64,000 bases of DNA from Promethearchaeota archaeon (lineage in GTDB: Archaea > Asgardarchaeota > Lokiarchaeia > Sigyniarchaeales > SOKP01), in assembly GCA_011364925.1 (NCBI GenBank), contig RDOA01000003.1:72924-136923 (forward strand), written 5' to 3'. Numbering within the stretch: position 1 is the first letter of the stretch; every line of letters starts with the position of its first letter. The notes under the pieces are model-generated. The model did not search any database. It saw nothing but the letters and a program-made list of their open reading frames with translations, and was not told where the DNA came from. Shown here in pieces: positions 35,336 through 45,319 of the stretch. The position numbers and the translations under genes are program-made.

Positions 35336-36928
35336 ATGGCAAAACCTAATATTATCTTAATATTAAATGACGACATGGGATATTCAGATTTAGGTTGCTA
35401 TGGAGGAGAAGTTCAAACTCCTAATTTAGATAATTTAGCAAAAAACGGGATTAGATTTACTAATTTCTATAATACGGCTCGGTGTTCTCCTTCACGGGCT
35501 TCGCTATTGACAGGACTACATCCTCATCAGACGGGTATAGGAGTTTTGGTTAACAATGATGGTCCAGAAGGATATGCCGGTTCGTTAAACAATAAATGTG
35601 TTACTATCGCAGAAGTCTTGAGAGAAGATGGATACAAGACATATGTAAGTGGTAAATGGCACGTCTCGAATTCTCCTTACAAAGAAGCTGATAGCTGGCC
35701 AACTAAACGCGGATTTGACCATCATTATGGCATCCTCCAAGGAGCTACTGATTATTTCTATCCTATTAAGTTAAGAAGAGATGGAAAAAACATTGAAGAG
35801 GAAGCGAGAAACGATCCTAATTATTATCTAACAGATGCCATTAGCGACCAAGCCGTAGCTTTCCTTAAGGAGCACCATCAAAATTTTCCAGAAGACCCAT
35901 ACTTCCTATATATTGCGTACACTGCCCCTCATTGGCCGCTTCACGCTAAAGAATCGGATATCAAAAAATATGAAGGACGGTTTATCGTAGGATGGGACAT
36001 TCTTCGCGAAGAAAGACTCCAAAGAATGAAAAAATTAGGTCTTTGTGATGAAAATTTAAAGCTTTCTGAACGCGATCCCACCCAACGAGCATGGGATTTA
36101 ACTAAAAACAAAGAGTGGGAAGCTCGTAGAATGGCTGTATATACTGCTCAAATTGACAATATGGACCAAGGCATAGGTCGAATTATTGCGGAAGTTAAAA
36201 AACAAAATCAGTTGGAGAATACTGTGATCGTTTTTCTTTCGGATAATGGTGGTTGTGCGGAACCTATGGGTCGTGCCATGAAAAAATTGACAAATTTAGA
36301 TGAGTGGAAGAGTGGTCGTATAAAAACCAAGGATGGTCGTGATATTCTTTATGGGAATAGGAAGTCCGTTATTCCAGGACCCGCTAACACTTACGCAAGC
36401 TATGGTACAGCTTGGGCAAATCTTTCAAATACCCCTTTCCGGAAGTATAAACATTGGGTACATGAAGGTGGAATTGCCACTCCATTAATTATTCATTGGC
36501 CTAATGGCATAAAGTTTAAAGGGAAGATCTGTCATCAACCAGGTCAACTCCCCGATATCATGGCGACAATTATTGAAATTACACATTCTCCTTATCCTGA
36601 GAAATACAATGGAGACAAAATTCTACCTTTGGAAGGACAAAGCTTAGCTTTAAGCTTTTCTAGTACCACCTCTATTGAACGAACACTATTTTTTGAGCAC
36701 GAAGGGAACGCAGCGGTAATACAAGGAAACTGGAAATTAGTTAAAGAATATCCCTATTCATGGGAATTGTATGATAGAGAATCTGACCGAACTGAACTAG
36801 ATAATATTATCTCGAGATATCCCGTAAAAGCTCGAGAATTGGAATTAGCATTTCACCAATGGGCTAAACGCTGTGGCGTTATTCCATGGGATTTATACCT
36901 TACAAATAACAGATTTATCCAATATTAA
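35336..36928 (+). CDS. arylsulfatase (Cys-type formylglycine sulfatase family)
   Basis: LNDDMGYSDLGCYG and the CSPSRASLLTG (C-x-P-x-R) motif. The ATG at 35336 is preferred over the TTG at 35327. Confidence 0.85.
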   Translation: MAKPNIILILNDDMGYSDLGCYGGEVQTPNLDNLAKNGIRFTNFYNTARCSPSRASLLTGLHPHQTGIGVLVNNDGPEGYAGSLNNKCVTIAEVLREDGYKTYVSGKWHVSNSPYKEADSWPTKRGFDHHYGILQGATDYFYPIKLRRDGKNIEEEARNDPNYYLTDAISDQAVAFLKEHHQNFPEDPYFLYIAYTAPHWPLHAKESDIKKYEGRFIVGWDILREERLQRMKKLGLCDENLKLSERDPTQRAWDLTKNKEWEARRMAVYTAQIDNMDQGIGRIIAEVKKQNQLENTVIVFLSDNGGCAEPMGRAMKKLTNLDEWKSGRIKTKDGRDILYGNRKSVIPGPANTYASYGTAWANLSNTPFRKYKHWVHEGGIATPLIIHWPNGIKFKGKICHQPGQLPDIMATIIEITHSPYPEKYNGDKILPLEGQSLALSFSSTTSIERTLFFEHEGNAAVIQGNWKLVKEYPYSWELYDRESDRTELDNIISRYPVKARELELAFHQWAKRCGVIPWDLYLTNNRFIQY

Positions 36929-37034
36929 TTAGGTACTAAAATTGTAAATAACACTAAATTCATTATTTATTCACATTCTTAAATTATAAATTCAAATGTA
37001 ATTTTATAAAATTAATAGCGCTAATGTGATAAAC

Positions 37035-37889
37035 ATGAATTTTGAGACCATTAAGTTTGAATTGCAAGAAAACGGAATTGGAATACTGACGCTTAATCGT
37101 CCTGAGAAACTAAACGCTATGTCCTTTCAAATGATTAAGGATTTACACGCGTTATTCGACTCTTTAATGGTAAATTTAGACTGTCGCGTTCTTATCTTAA
37201 AAGCAGAAGGGAGAGCGTTTTGTGCTGGATTAGATTTGAAAGAATCGACAATTTTACAATCGAAAAAGAAACCTCCAGAGTTAAAAGAGAAGTTTCATTT
37301 TCTAAACGCTCCCGATAAAGATATAATAAAGGCAAAATTGTACGCTCAATGGTATACCAGCAACATTATTGTGAAAATGCGTAAAATTAATCAACCAATC
37401 ATTGCCTTAGTTCAAGGGGCAGCATCTGGAGCCGGATTCGCTTTCTCTTTAGCAGCAGACATTAGAATTGCCAGTAAAAACGCAAGGTTCAATAACGCAT
37501 TTATCAATGTTGGGTTTTCCGGCTCAGACTTAGGATCTAGCTATTATCTTCCGCGACTTATAGGGATGTCAAGAGCGGCAGAGATTCTATACACGGGAAG
37601 ATTTGTAGACGCTTATGAAGCTGAAAGGATTGGGCTCGTATTGAATGTCGTAGAAGAAGCGGAATTGCTCGATACTGCAATTAAATTAGCAGAAAACATG
37701 TTACATAAAAGCCCATTAGGGTTGCGTATGACTAAGCAAACGCTCAATTTATCCCTTGATTCTCCAAGCCTAGAAACCATTCTTCAGTTAGAAAACCGAG
37801 CACAGATGCTTTGCTCTGCGTCTGATGATATTATGGAAGGAATTCAATCTTTTTTTGAAAAAAGAGAGCCAAAATATCCGTTAACCTGA
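37035..37889 (+). CDS. enoyl-CoA hydratase/isomerase (crotonase) family protein
   Basis: LNRPEKLNA, GRAFCAGLDL, VQGAASGAGFAFSLAADIRIA. The ATG at 37035 is preferred over the GTG at 37026. Confidence 0.85.
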   Translation: MNFETIKFELQENGIGILTLNRPEKLNAMSFQMIKDLHALFDSLMVNLDCRVLILKAEGRAFCAGLDLKESTILQSKKKPPELKEKFHFLNAPDKDIIKAKLYAQWYTSNIIVKMRKINQPIIALVQGAASGAGFAFSLAADIRIASKNARFNNAFINVGFSGSDLGSSYYLPRLIGMSRAAEILYTGRFVDAYEAERIGLVLNVVEEAELLDTAIKLAENMLHKSPLGLRMTKQTLNLSLDSPSLETILQLENRAQMLCSASDDIMEGIQSFFEKREPKYPLT

Positions 37890-37934
37890 AAATCTAGATT
37901 ATAGTAAAGAAATAGAAAAATAAAAGTGAGAAAG

Positions 37935-38780
37935 ATGGAATATCAGACTATTAAATTTGAACTGAAAGAGAATGGGATTGGAATTTTGTCCCTCAATCGT
38001 CCTGAAAAATTAAACGCGATTAACTTCCAAATGGAACAAGAATTACACGAGGCATTGGACCATTTAATGATAAATTTAGACTGTCGCATATTGATTTTAC
38101 GGGCGGAAGGAAGAGCTTTTTGCGCTGGAACTGATTTACAAGAGGGTTTAATATTACACCAGAAAAAATTTCCAGAGGGATACGAGAAATATTATTTTCT
38201 GGAAGTTCCAGAACCGATTAAAAAGAAGATGTATCATCAATGGCGTATTAGCTCAATTTTCGTAAAAATGCGGAAAATAAGCCAACCGATAATTGCGTTG
38301 GTTCAAGGTGCGGCTGCCGGGGGAGGATTTGGTTTCGCGATGGCCTCGGACTTTCGGATAGTGGCTTCGGATGTTAATTTTATGAACGCCTCAATTAATA
38401 TAGGCTTGTCAGGAGCAGATGTGGGAGGAAGCTATTTTCTTCCTAGATTAATTGGATCAGCTCGAGCGTCTGAAATTATGTATACTGGAAGATCTGTAGG
38501 AGCTGAAGAAGCGGTGAATATTGGATTAGCACTAAAATCAGTTGATTCGGAAGAACTATTGAATTCAGCTCTGGAATTAGCGAATGGACTACTGAAAAAG
38601 AGCCCTTTAGGTCTTCGAATGACAAAACAAGCCCTGAATTTAACACTGGACTCTCCAAGTTTAGAGACTATTTGTCAATTAGAAAATTCCAGCATTGTTC
38701 TTACATTTAGTTCTAAAGATGTTAACGAAGCTTCAGCGGCTTTTTTTAGTAAACGAGATCCTAAATATCCACTTCGATAA
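37935..38780 (+). CDS. enoyl-CoA hydratase/isomerase (crotonase) family protein, tandem paralog
   Basis: LNRPEKLNA, GRAFCAGTDL, VQGAAAGGGFGFAMASDFRIV. Colinear with 37035..37889. Confidence 0.85.
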   Translation: MEYQTIKFELKENGIGILSLNRPEKLNAINFQMEQELHEALDHLMINLDCRILILRAEGRAFCAGTDLQEGLILHQKKFPEGYEKYYFLEVPEPIKKKMYHQWRISSIFVKMRKISQPIIALVQGAAAGGGFGFAMASDFRIVASDVNFMNASINIGLSGADVGGSYFLPRLIGSARASEIMYTGRSVGAEEAVNIGLALKSVDSEELLNSALELANGLLKKSPLGLRMTKQALNLTLDSPSLETICQLENSSIVLTFSSKDVNEASAAFFSKRDPKYPLR

Positions 38781-39010
38781 TTAATTACTTTACTACTTTA
38801 AGAGGATAATTAACGTTTTTGGTAAAAGATTTTATATAAATGAAATAAATTAAATCTTAATTATCCTAAATTAATGCATATTCTAATTATAAGGCGAAGT
38901 TTTTAAAGAATACATAAAAATCTAAGTAAAAAAGCTTCAATCTATTCAAGTGGAATTATTGATAATTCTGGAAATCCAAATATAAAATAAAATAAAATTA
39001 AATAGAGAAT

Positions 39011-39520
39011 TTAATCTCTAATTTGTAATTTTGGAGTAATAGGTGAAGCTCCACCCATATTTGTAATAATTGGACAGTGCGTAAAAACTTTTTCCATCAT
39101 TTCTTCAATTTTTTCTTTCGGAGCATTTGCTTTAATTCTAATAACAGGCTCGAGATTGTCGTATCCCGCGAGTTTACTATCGTCGATACCAAAGATCGCT
39201 CCAAGATTAATGTGCCCACGAGAAAACACTTTTAATTCTATAATTTCAATGTCCATGATTTTAGCCCAAAAACGGGTTACTGCCACTATGCATGCCCCTA
39301 CTGAGGCTAAAATTAGTAATAAAGGTGAGGGTCCTTCATTGGTTCCGTCTAAACCTGGAGGTGCGTCAATTAATATTTCAAAAGGTTTCGCTCCCATAGT
39401 ACATTTAACTTGCATACCTTCTGGTAACATTTCGCACTCAACGTTGAAGTTTTTTTCGCCGTTGGCCCAATCTACTTTAATTGCTTCATACGTTTCTTTA
39501 AAACTTGGCATTTTTATCAT
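39011..39520 (-). CDS. OsmC/Ohr-family protein
   Basis: DGTNEGPSPLLLILASVGACIV and a C-terminal THCPI motif are typical of the OsmC fold. 169 aa. Confidence 0.7.
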   Translation of the reverse strand: MIKMPSFKETYEAIKVDWANGEKNFNVECEMLPEGMQVKCTMGAKPFEILIDAPPGLDGTNEGPSPLLLILASVGACIVAVTRFWAKIMDIEIIELKVFSRGHINLGAIFGIDDSKLAGYDNLEPVIRIKANAPKEKIEEMMEKVFTHCPIITNMGGASPITPKLQIRD

Positions 39521-39854
39521 ATTTTAATATTGTTTTACTATAATGAATAATCATCCATTATTCAAAATATATACTTTAGAATTAAGAATCTTATATAAAT
39601 TTCTCTAATTTGAGAACGACTTCCGAGAGTTGTATTTTCTTGTGTTTTACCATAATATCGGATTCTTTCTAGCTTTACTTCTTGGTTTCCAATTGAAACT
39701 TTTTTTGATGATCTCGTAGTAGATTGAAACTTGAAGGTATTCCATTGTTTAAGTTGATCTATAAGCGATATATTTAAATACTAGTAAAGAGAAATAAATT
39801 TTAGATAAATAGAAATTCAAAGGTGATGTAAAAAAAGTAGAAATTGAAAAAGCA

Positions 39855-40589
39855 ATGGAAATAGATGACAGCAATAAGAGATCTTTTATGATCTTTGCTG
39901 GGATTCTGGTTTTTACTTTATTGTCTATTTTCATGATAATCTTATTGGGAGTTGGGAGCGCAAGAGTTTACAATCAAAACAGTATCACGATGTTAGGTGG
40001 AGACCTTCAGCAAAACATCACATTAAGTAACGGAAATAAGGGCACAGGAAGCAAAGAAATCGAACTAATAGCTTATAGAGGTTTGGTCGATGGCCTAGAC
40101 ACAGAACAGGGTTATATTAAGGTTCTTGATTATAATTTTGATTATCCATTACCTTTGCATCTATCACAAGAAGAAGTCTCTGATTGGTTTGTAACATTGG
40201 AAGTAAGAGGTGGCTACGAACCATTAGAAGGCTATATTGATATATGCCAGAAAGGAGAAGACAAAGGAAGGCTTTGGATGGATTGGACCTACCTTGGATT
40301 AAGACCAAGCTGGTACGAATATTGGAATGTAACCTTCAAGCCTGAAGGAAATATCTATCTTGACAGCAATCAATTCCCTGCAGTGGATCATGATTGGTTC
40401 TGGATCGATAAAGATGGGGAAATCCCCGGTAAAGACGTCAAATTTGATGTTTATACCCTGTGGACTGGATGTGGCCAAGAAGATCAGAACTTCGAGATAA
40501 TATTGGTTCAAACGTTTTGTTTCCAGAGTCCTCAACACCCGAATGTGAAATTTAAATCACCGTTTGAATTTCTATTTATCGGTATTTAA
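39855..40589 (+). CDS. membrane-anchored/secreted protein, unknown function
   Basis: 244-aa ORF with N-terminal TM SFMIFAGILVFTLLSIFMIILLGV. The body is W/Y/D-rich and I recognise no family. Confidence 0.6.
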   Translation: MEIDDSNKRSFMIFAGILVFTLLSIFMIILLGVGSARVYNQNSITMLGGDLQQNITLSNGNKGTGSKEIELIAYRGLVDGLDTEQGYIKVLDYNFDYPLPLHLSQEEVSDWFVTLEVRGGYEPLEGYIDICQKGEDKGRLWMDWTYLGLRPSWYEYWNVTFKPEGNIYLDSNQFPAVDHDWFWIDKDGEIPGKDVKFDVYTLWTGCGQEDQNFEIILVQTFCFQSPQHPNVKFKSPFEFLFIGI

Positions 40590-40800
40590 GATTGCTTAGT
40601 GATCGACCTCGATCTTGGATTGATTGACCTCGATTATCGGTTATCTTAAAACTTTTATTTAATAATTACTCTTTGTTAATATTTTAACGAATTATAAATA
40701 AGAGCCTGTATCTTCCTTCTTCCTCTTAGAATGTAAAAATAGAATAGTCTTACTATAACTTTTTATTAAGCGAAACATAGAATAATGTATATTTTAATAG

Positions 40801-42144
40801 GTGTATGTGTTGGAAGAAGGAGAAAAAAAAGCTCAATTAAAACGAAGAGTAACCCTATTCGGAGCAACTGCCTACGGAGTTGGTAATATCTTAGGAGCGG
40901 GGATATATGCCTTAATTGGAATTGTTATAGGAGACACAGGAAACTATTCGTGGATAATTTTTGTTATTGCTGCAATTATCGGAGCTTTTACTGGGTTATC
41001 TTACGCTGAGCTTTCTGCTATGTACCCTAAAAGCGCTGCTGAATTTGTCTATACCGAAGAAGCTTTTAGAATTCGGATTTTATCGTTTCTTTTAGGATGG
41101 ATAATAATTTTTTCGGGAGTTCTCTCTGCGGCTACGGTTGCATTAGGTTTTGCGGGGTACTTATCAAACTTACTTGGAATTTCTATGGAGATACTTATAT
41201 CAATAATGGCTGTCATTCTGATCGTGATTTTAGGTCTTATAAATTTCTTTGGTATAAGAGCATCTACATGGACAAATGTTTTGTTTACATTAATTGAAGC
41301 TTCAGGACTTATTTTAATTATCATAATCGGGATTCCCAAATTTGGTACCGTCAATTATTTCGTTTTACCTCCCTCTAGTTCTGTTTTTTCAGTTTTTTCA
41401 ACGGTTGGTTTAGTGTTTTTCGCGTATATTGGGTTCGAAGATGTCGCAAACATCGCGGAGGAGGTGAAAAGACCAGCAAAAAATCTGCCGCGAGCAATTA
41501 TTATTTCGATCGTTATAACAACTCTTTTGTATTGTTTTACTGCTATATCCGTAGTGAGTATAAAACCTTTTGATACAATTGATCCTTCAGCCCCATTAAG
41601 CGATGTCGCCATAACAATACTTGGTCCAATCGGTGGCGTAATTATGTCGCTTATCGCTCTTTTTGCCACTGCTAATACCGTTTTGATAATGTTAATTGTT
41701 ACCTCTAGAATGATGTACGGTATGGCGAGGGATAAAGCGTTACCAGAAGGAATAGGAAAAATTTCTCCAAAGTTTAAAACTCCTGCTTTAGCTGTTCTAT
41801 TAACAACAATTTTTACCATTATTCCGTTGTTTTTTGGAGATATCCGCCTTGTAGCTGATGCCACTGTTTTTGGTGTATTAGTTACTTTTTTCCTCGTAAA
41901 TCTAAGTTTAATTGTTTTACGCAAGAAAAAACCCGAGCTAGAACGACCATTTAAACAAAAGCCAAACATTAAATGGATGCCGATTATTGCATTCCTCGGT
42001 TGCCTTGCGTGTTTAGGATTGCTCTTTACTTTTGCGGATTTAAACGGCTTATGGACTGTACTTATTCAAGGAATAATAATCGTGTGCGGTATAATAGTAT
42101 TTTACGCAATGAAATCAAAAATCCAAACAAGTGTTAGAAAGTAA
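40801..42144 (+). CDS. APC-superfamily amino acid permease
   Basis: About 12 TM helices. N-terminal GATAYGVGNILGAGIYALIG and a mid-protein FAYIGFEDVANIAEEVKRP motif are typical of APC transporters. Confidence 0.8.
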   Translation: MYVLEEGEKKAQLKRRVTLFGATAYGVGNILGAGIYALIGIVIGDTGNYSWIIFVIAAIIGAFTGLSYAELSAMYPKSAAEFVYTEEAFRIRILSFLLGWIIIFSGVLSAATVALGFAGYLSNLLGISMEILISIMAVILIVILGLINFFGIRASTWTNVLFTLIEASGLILIIIIGIPKFGTVNYFVLPPSSSVFSVFSTVGLVFFAYIGFEDVANIAEEVKRPAKNLPRAIIISIVITTLLYCFTAISVVSIKPFDTIDPSAPLSDVAITILGPIGGVIMSLIALFATANTVLIMLIVTSRMMYGMARDKALPEGIGKISPKFKTPALAVLLTTIFTIIPLFFGDIRLVADATVFGVLVTFFLVNLSLIVLRKKKPELERPFKQKPNIKWMPIIAFLGCLACLGLLFTFADLNGLWTVLIQGIIIVCGIIVFYAMKSKIQTSVRK

Positions 42145-42335
42145 CTAGTAAATATTTATCCATACTTATCTTTCCATTTTTTTTGTCGTTCTTCTACGTC
42201 TCCTTTCATTTTACACGATTTATGTATCTGATCTTGCATTTCCCACTGTTTTTCTAATTCATCCTCAAGATCATCCTTTTTCTCATTATTCTTGTTCTTA
42301 TGTCCTTTATTTTTCTCGCTTATTTCACTCACCTT

Positions 42336-43094
42336 TTATTCGTCTAAATACTCGTATAGTTCGTTTATCTTACAATATCCAATTATATTATCTCTTAAAT
42401 AGATCTGGAATGACAATTCCTTATTTCTATAAGGTTTTAGGATGTTAAGTAGCGTGATGTGTTCTGGCTGTTGGAATATTTCTTTATAATCCTCTCCAAC
42501 ACCTTCAGAGTATTGATATTGTTGGAGGACAAAATCACCCTTGAACCGATTTTTCTTTAGAAATGCGATTATCTTATCGATATCACTTGGTTCTATTAAA
42601 TTTTCCACATAAGTTGTCCTAATTTCAAAATCAATATCTTCATAACTATTTACAATATTAAATGTCTGAAGAATCAAGTCAGAATTAACTTGGTTTCCCG
42701 TAATTTTCGCTAATCTTTTATTATTAAGAGGACCTTTCAAATCTAAAGCTATTCTGTTAATATGTGGCAATAACTCCTTAATAGCGCTTGGTTTTGTTCC
42801 GTTAGTATCAATACTAACATATTTTCCAAATTGATTAATCTCCCTACATAACTCCAATAGATCTTTTTGGAGGGTAGGTTCTCCTCCTGAAATACTAACT
42901 GCGCTAACTAGCATGTTACTTTTGATTTGTTCCATGAGTTCAGGAACACCGATGTCCCTTCCAACATCTTTATATAATAGATACTTATTGTGGCAGAATC
43001 CACAACTTAGGTTGCACCCAACAGTGAATATAACCATTGTTGATCTATTAGGGATGTCTTTCGTCGAAATATCTACAATTCCACCGACTCTCAT
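42336..43094 (-). CDS. radical SAM activating enzyme (NrdG/PflA-like)
   Basis: GCNLSCGFCHN (CxxxCxxC) near the N-terminus, and SISGGEPTLQ. 252 aa. Confidence 0.75.
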   Translation of the reverse strand: MRVGGIVDISTKDIPNRSTMVIFTVGCNLSCGFCHNKYLLYKDVGRDIGVPELMEQIKSNMLVSAVSISGGEPTLQKDLLELCREINQFGKYVSIDTNGTKPSAIKELLPHINRIALDLKGPLNNKRLAKITGNQVNSDLILQTFNIVNSYEDIDFEIRTTYVENLIEPSDIDKIIAFLKKNRFKGDFVLQQYQYSEGVGEDYKEIFQQPEHITLLNILKPYRNKELSFQIYLRDNIIGYCKINELYEYLDE

Positions 43095-43221
43095 GATAAA
43101 GATTAATTTTATGATTTTACGAGTTTCTTCGCTACTGTATGGTTTCTAAAAAGTATGTCAAATTTAAAAAATAATCCTTTATTTTAGATGTTATTAAATT
43201 TTAAATAAATTAAATCGTAAA

Positions 43222-44451
43222 GTGATGTTATTGGACGGACATGTTCATTTTGAGGATTTAAATATTGAATATGGTTATTCGTGCATGCCAGATAGGTTGC
43301 ACTTCTATACAAAAGAAGAAAACGATTTCAGAATGGAAGTGCGAGAGTGGTGCAGAGATAATATCGAGCCCTATGCTGAGAAAATAGATCGAGAGAGAAA
43401 TTACGACTTAGCGGTGGAAATCTTGCGTAAGATGAAACCATACTTAAATATTATTATCCCTGAAGAAGCAGGAGGGCTTGGGAAAGGAATTTTGTATCGA
43501 ACAATATTTGGAGAAGAACTTACCGCTTTTAATTATGCTCTTGCAGGCATTTTTGGAGCTTCTTCGTGCTTATTTGCCGGACCTGTTATTGAATTCGGAA
43601 CATTAGAACAAAAGAAGAAGTATCTCTCCGGTATAGCAGATGGCTCAAAAATCGGTGCGATTGGAATAACTGAGCCTACTGGGGGTTCTGACGCAATAGG
43701 CGGGATGAGACTGAAAGCTGTAAGAGAGGGTGATTATTACGTGCTCAACGGAGAAAAATGTTTCATCACCAACGGAAGCGTAGCAGATTACATCTGTCTA
43801 TACACAAAAACAAACGATCAAGTAAAAGCACATCAGGGTATCACCGCGTTTATCTTTGAGACTGACACACCTGGCTTTGAAGTGATAAAAAATTACAACC
43901 ATATGGGGCGTAGAGGAATGCCTAACTCTCACCTACGTTTTACCAACTGTAAAGTTCCAGTTGAAAATATGCTTCATCGAGAGAATGAAGGTGCAGACGT
44001 TTTATTGTTTGGTCTTGATGGTGAAAGAACATTCACTGCGTCTCAGTACGTTGGACTCGCTCGAAGCGCTATGGAAGTCGCTTATAGATATGCTCACAAA
44101 CGCGTACAGTTTAAGCAACCGCTATACAACTTTGAAGGAATTTCCTTCAAGATAGCTGAAATGTTTATGGATATTGAGTTAAATAGAATGGCTATTGCTC
44201 AAATCGCCAGAATGCTTGACGAAGGCCATAATTGTAGAGCCTCAGTTGCAGCTGTTAAAACGAGGATCGCTGACGCGACCGTGAGAATCACCCAAGACGC
44301 AGTTCAAATAGCTGGAGGTCTCGGATACTCTGAAGAATATCCCTTAGAACGATACTATCGAGATTCAAAGATTGGACAGATCTCGGCAGGCACTTCCGAA
44401 ATTATGAGGTATATCGTAACAAGGGAAATGATAAGAATGTGGGGTAAATAA
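43222..44451 (+). CDS. acyl-CoA dehydrogenase
   Basis: GITEPTGGSDA, FITNGSVADY, GGLGYSEEYPLERYYRDSKI. Confidence 0.85.
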   Translation: MMLLDGHVHFEDLNIEYGYSCMPDRLHFYTKEENDFRMEVREWCRDNIEPYAEKIDRERNYDLAVEILRKMKPYLNIIIPEEAGGLGKGILYRTIFGEELTAFNYALAGIFGASSCLFAGPVIEFGTLEQKKKYLSGIADGSKIGAIGITEPTGGSDAIGGMRLKAVREGDYYVLNGEKCFITNGSVADYICLYTKTNDQVKAHQGITAFIFETDTPGFEVIKNYNHMGRRGMPNSHLRFTNCKVPVENMLHRENEGADVLLFGLDGERTFTASQYVGLARSAMEVAYRYAHKRVQFKQPLYNFEGISFKIAEMFMDIELNRMAIAQIARMLDEGHNCRASVAAVKTRIADATVRITQDAVQIAGGLGYSEEYPLERYYRDSKIGQISAGTSEIMRYIVTREMIRMWGK

Positions 44452-44531
44452 GTTTAAAACGAATTTCTATTTTATTACCTTTTTAATTATTACTCAAAAA
44501 AAAAGAAAATATAAAAATATGTAAATAAAAA

Positions 44532-44798
44532 CTACTCGTAGATCAAAAGCGGATTTTCTTTTGCATCTTCATTGAGAATACTATCTAATATTCTCTCTTC
44601 AATTTTATATATACTTGAAGCTTCTGTTATAAAACAATTCCAATCGTAACACTTACGGTCGTCTTCAAAAACAACTCCATGACCTATTGTAATTTTATCG
44701 CAATCAGCATATAAAGCGTGAATTCTACCGCACTTTTCACAATTTATCACTTTTTTTTTCACATCACCTTTTTTTTTTGAATGGGAAAAAGTTCCCAA
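44532..44798 (-). CDS. small Cys-containing protein, unknown function
   Basis: 88-aa ORF with CEKCGRIH...CDK and CYDWNC. It may bind zinc. Confidence 0.4.
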   Translation of the reverse strand: MGTFSHSKKKGDVKKKVINCEKCGRIHALYADCDKITIGHGVVFEDDRKCYDWNCFITEASSIYKIEERILDSILNEDAKENPLLIYE

Positions 44799-45092
44799 TT
44801 AATATAATAATAGACAAAATGATTTATAAATATTACTCCTTTTTTCAGTTTTTTTCAGCAATAGTTAAAAAAAAGAATTGCTACATTAGCATTATATTAA
44901 ACATTTTTTAATAGAAAATTTGTTCTGATATACAAATCAACAAATTTTGATCGAGAAAATAATGTAATTTGAACAGATTTCAGATAAAATCAGAGTAAAA
45001 CGACAAAAATATAATTTTTTGATATATTACATCCATAAATCATATCAAAATTGTGAAAAATTCTTAAAGAGAGTCATACATTTAAGTGATTA

Positions 45093-45305
45093 ATGAAGAA
45101 AGAACGGAAAAAAGCATTTTTTATTTACCTGTTGCTTTTTGTTGTTTTTTTAATTGGAACCGTATTCTCGATAATGTATCTTGTCGTGAAACAATTTGAG
45201 AATTGGGTGCAATATCAAATTGCTGTTATAGTAATGGTTAGCATAATCTTTTTCATGGGATTTTTTTTCTTTTCGGCGCTCCATTATGTAATCCGGAAGG
45301 GTTAA
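45093..45305 (+). CDS. small two-TM membrane protein
   Basis: 70-aa ORF with two hydrophobic helices. Confidence 0.45.
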   Translation: MKKERKKAFFIYLLLFVVFLIGTVFSIMYLVVKQFENWVQYQIAVIVMVSIIFFMGFFFFSALHYVIRKG

Positions 45306-45319
45306 AGTGATTGGATTGG

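Noticed and set aside
39156-39527. 123-aa plus-strand ORF opposite the OsmC-like gene, and also 39749..39934 (-)
   Set aside because: The minus-strand product has recognisable OsmC features and the plus-strand one has none. ORF 39749..39934 lies in the promoter/5' region of ORF 39855..40589 and is low-complexity.
39692-39732. Two ATTGAAACT 9-mers (39693, 39724) upstream of ORF 39855..40589, resembling the cassette half-site
   Set aside because: They share only the 9-mer, not the tandem 11-nt spacing, the TATA context or the leader. The same 9-mer also occurs inside coding sequence (about position 1567), so chance occurrence in AT-rich DNA is plausible.
41355-41969. 204-aa minus-strand ORF, together with 41049..41354 (-) and 41097..41297 (+), inside the permease gene
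   Set aside because: It is fully nested antisense to, or out of frame with, ORF 40801..42144, which has a clear 12-TM APC-permease pattern. The antisense translation is low-complexity (K/I/T/F-rich), typical of shadow ORFs in AT-rich DNA.
45028-45061. 9-bp inverted repeat TTTTGATAT...ATATCAAAA, plus a TTTTTTCAG direct repeat, in the 294-bp gap before ORF 45093..45305
   Set aside because: The sequences are entirely A/T-rich and low-complexity. Such repeats are expected by chance in intergenic DNA of this composition, and there is no supporting context.
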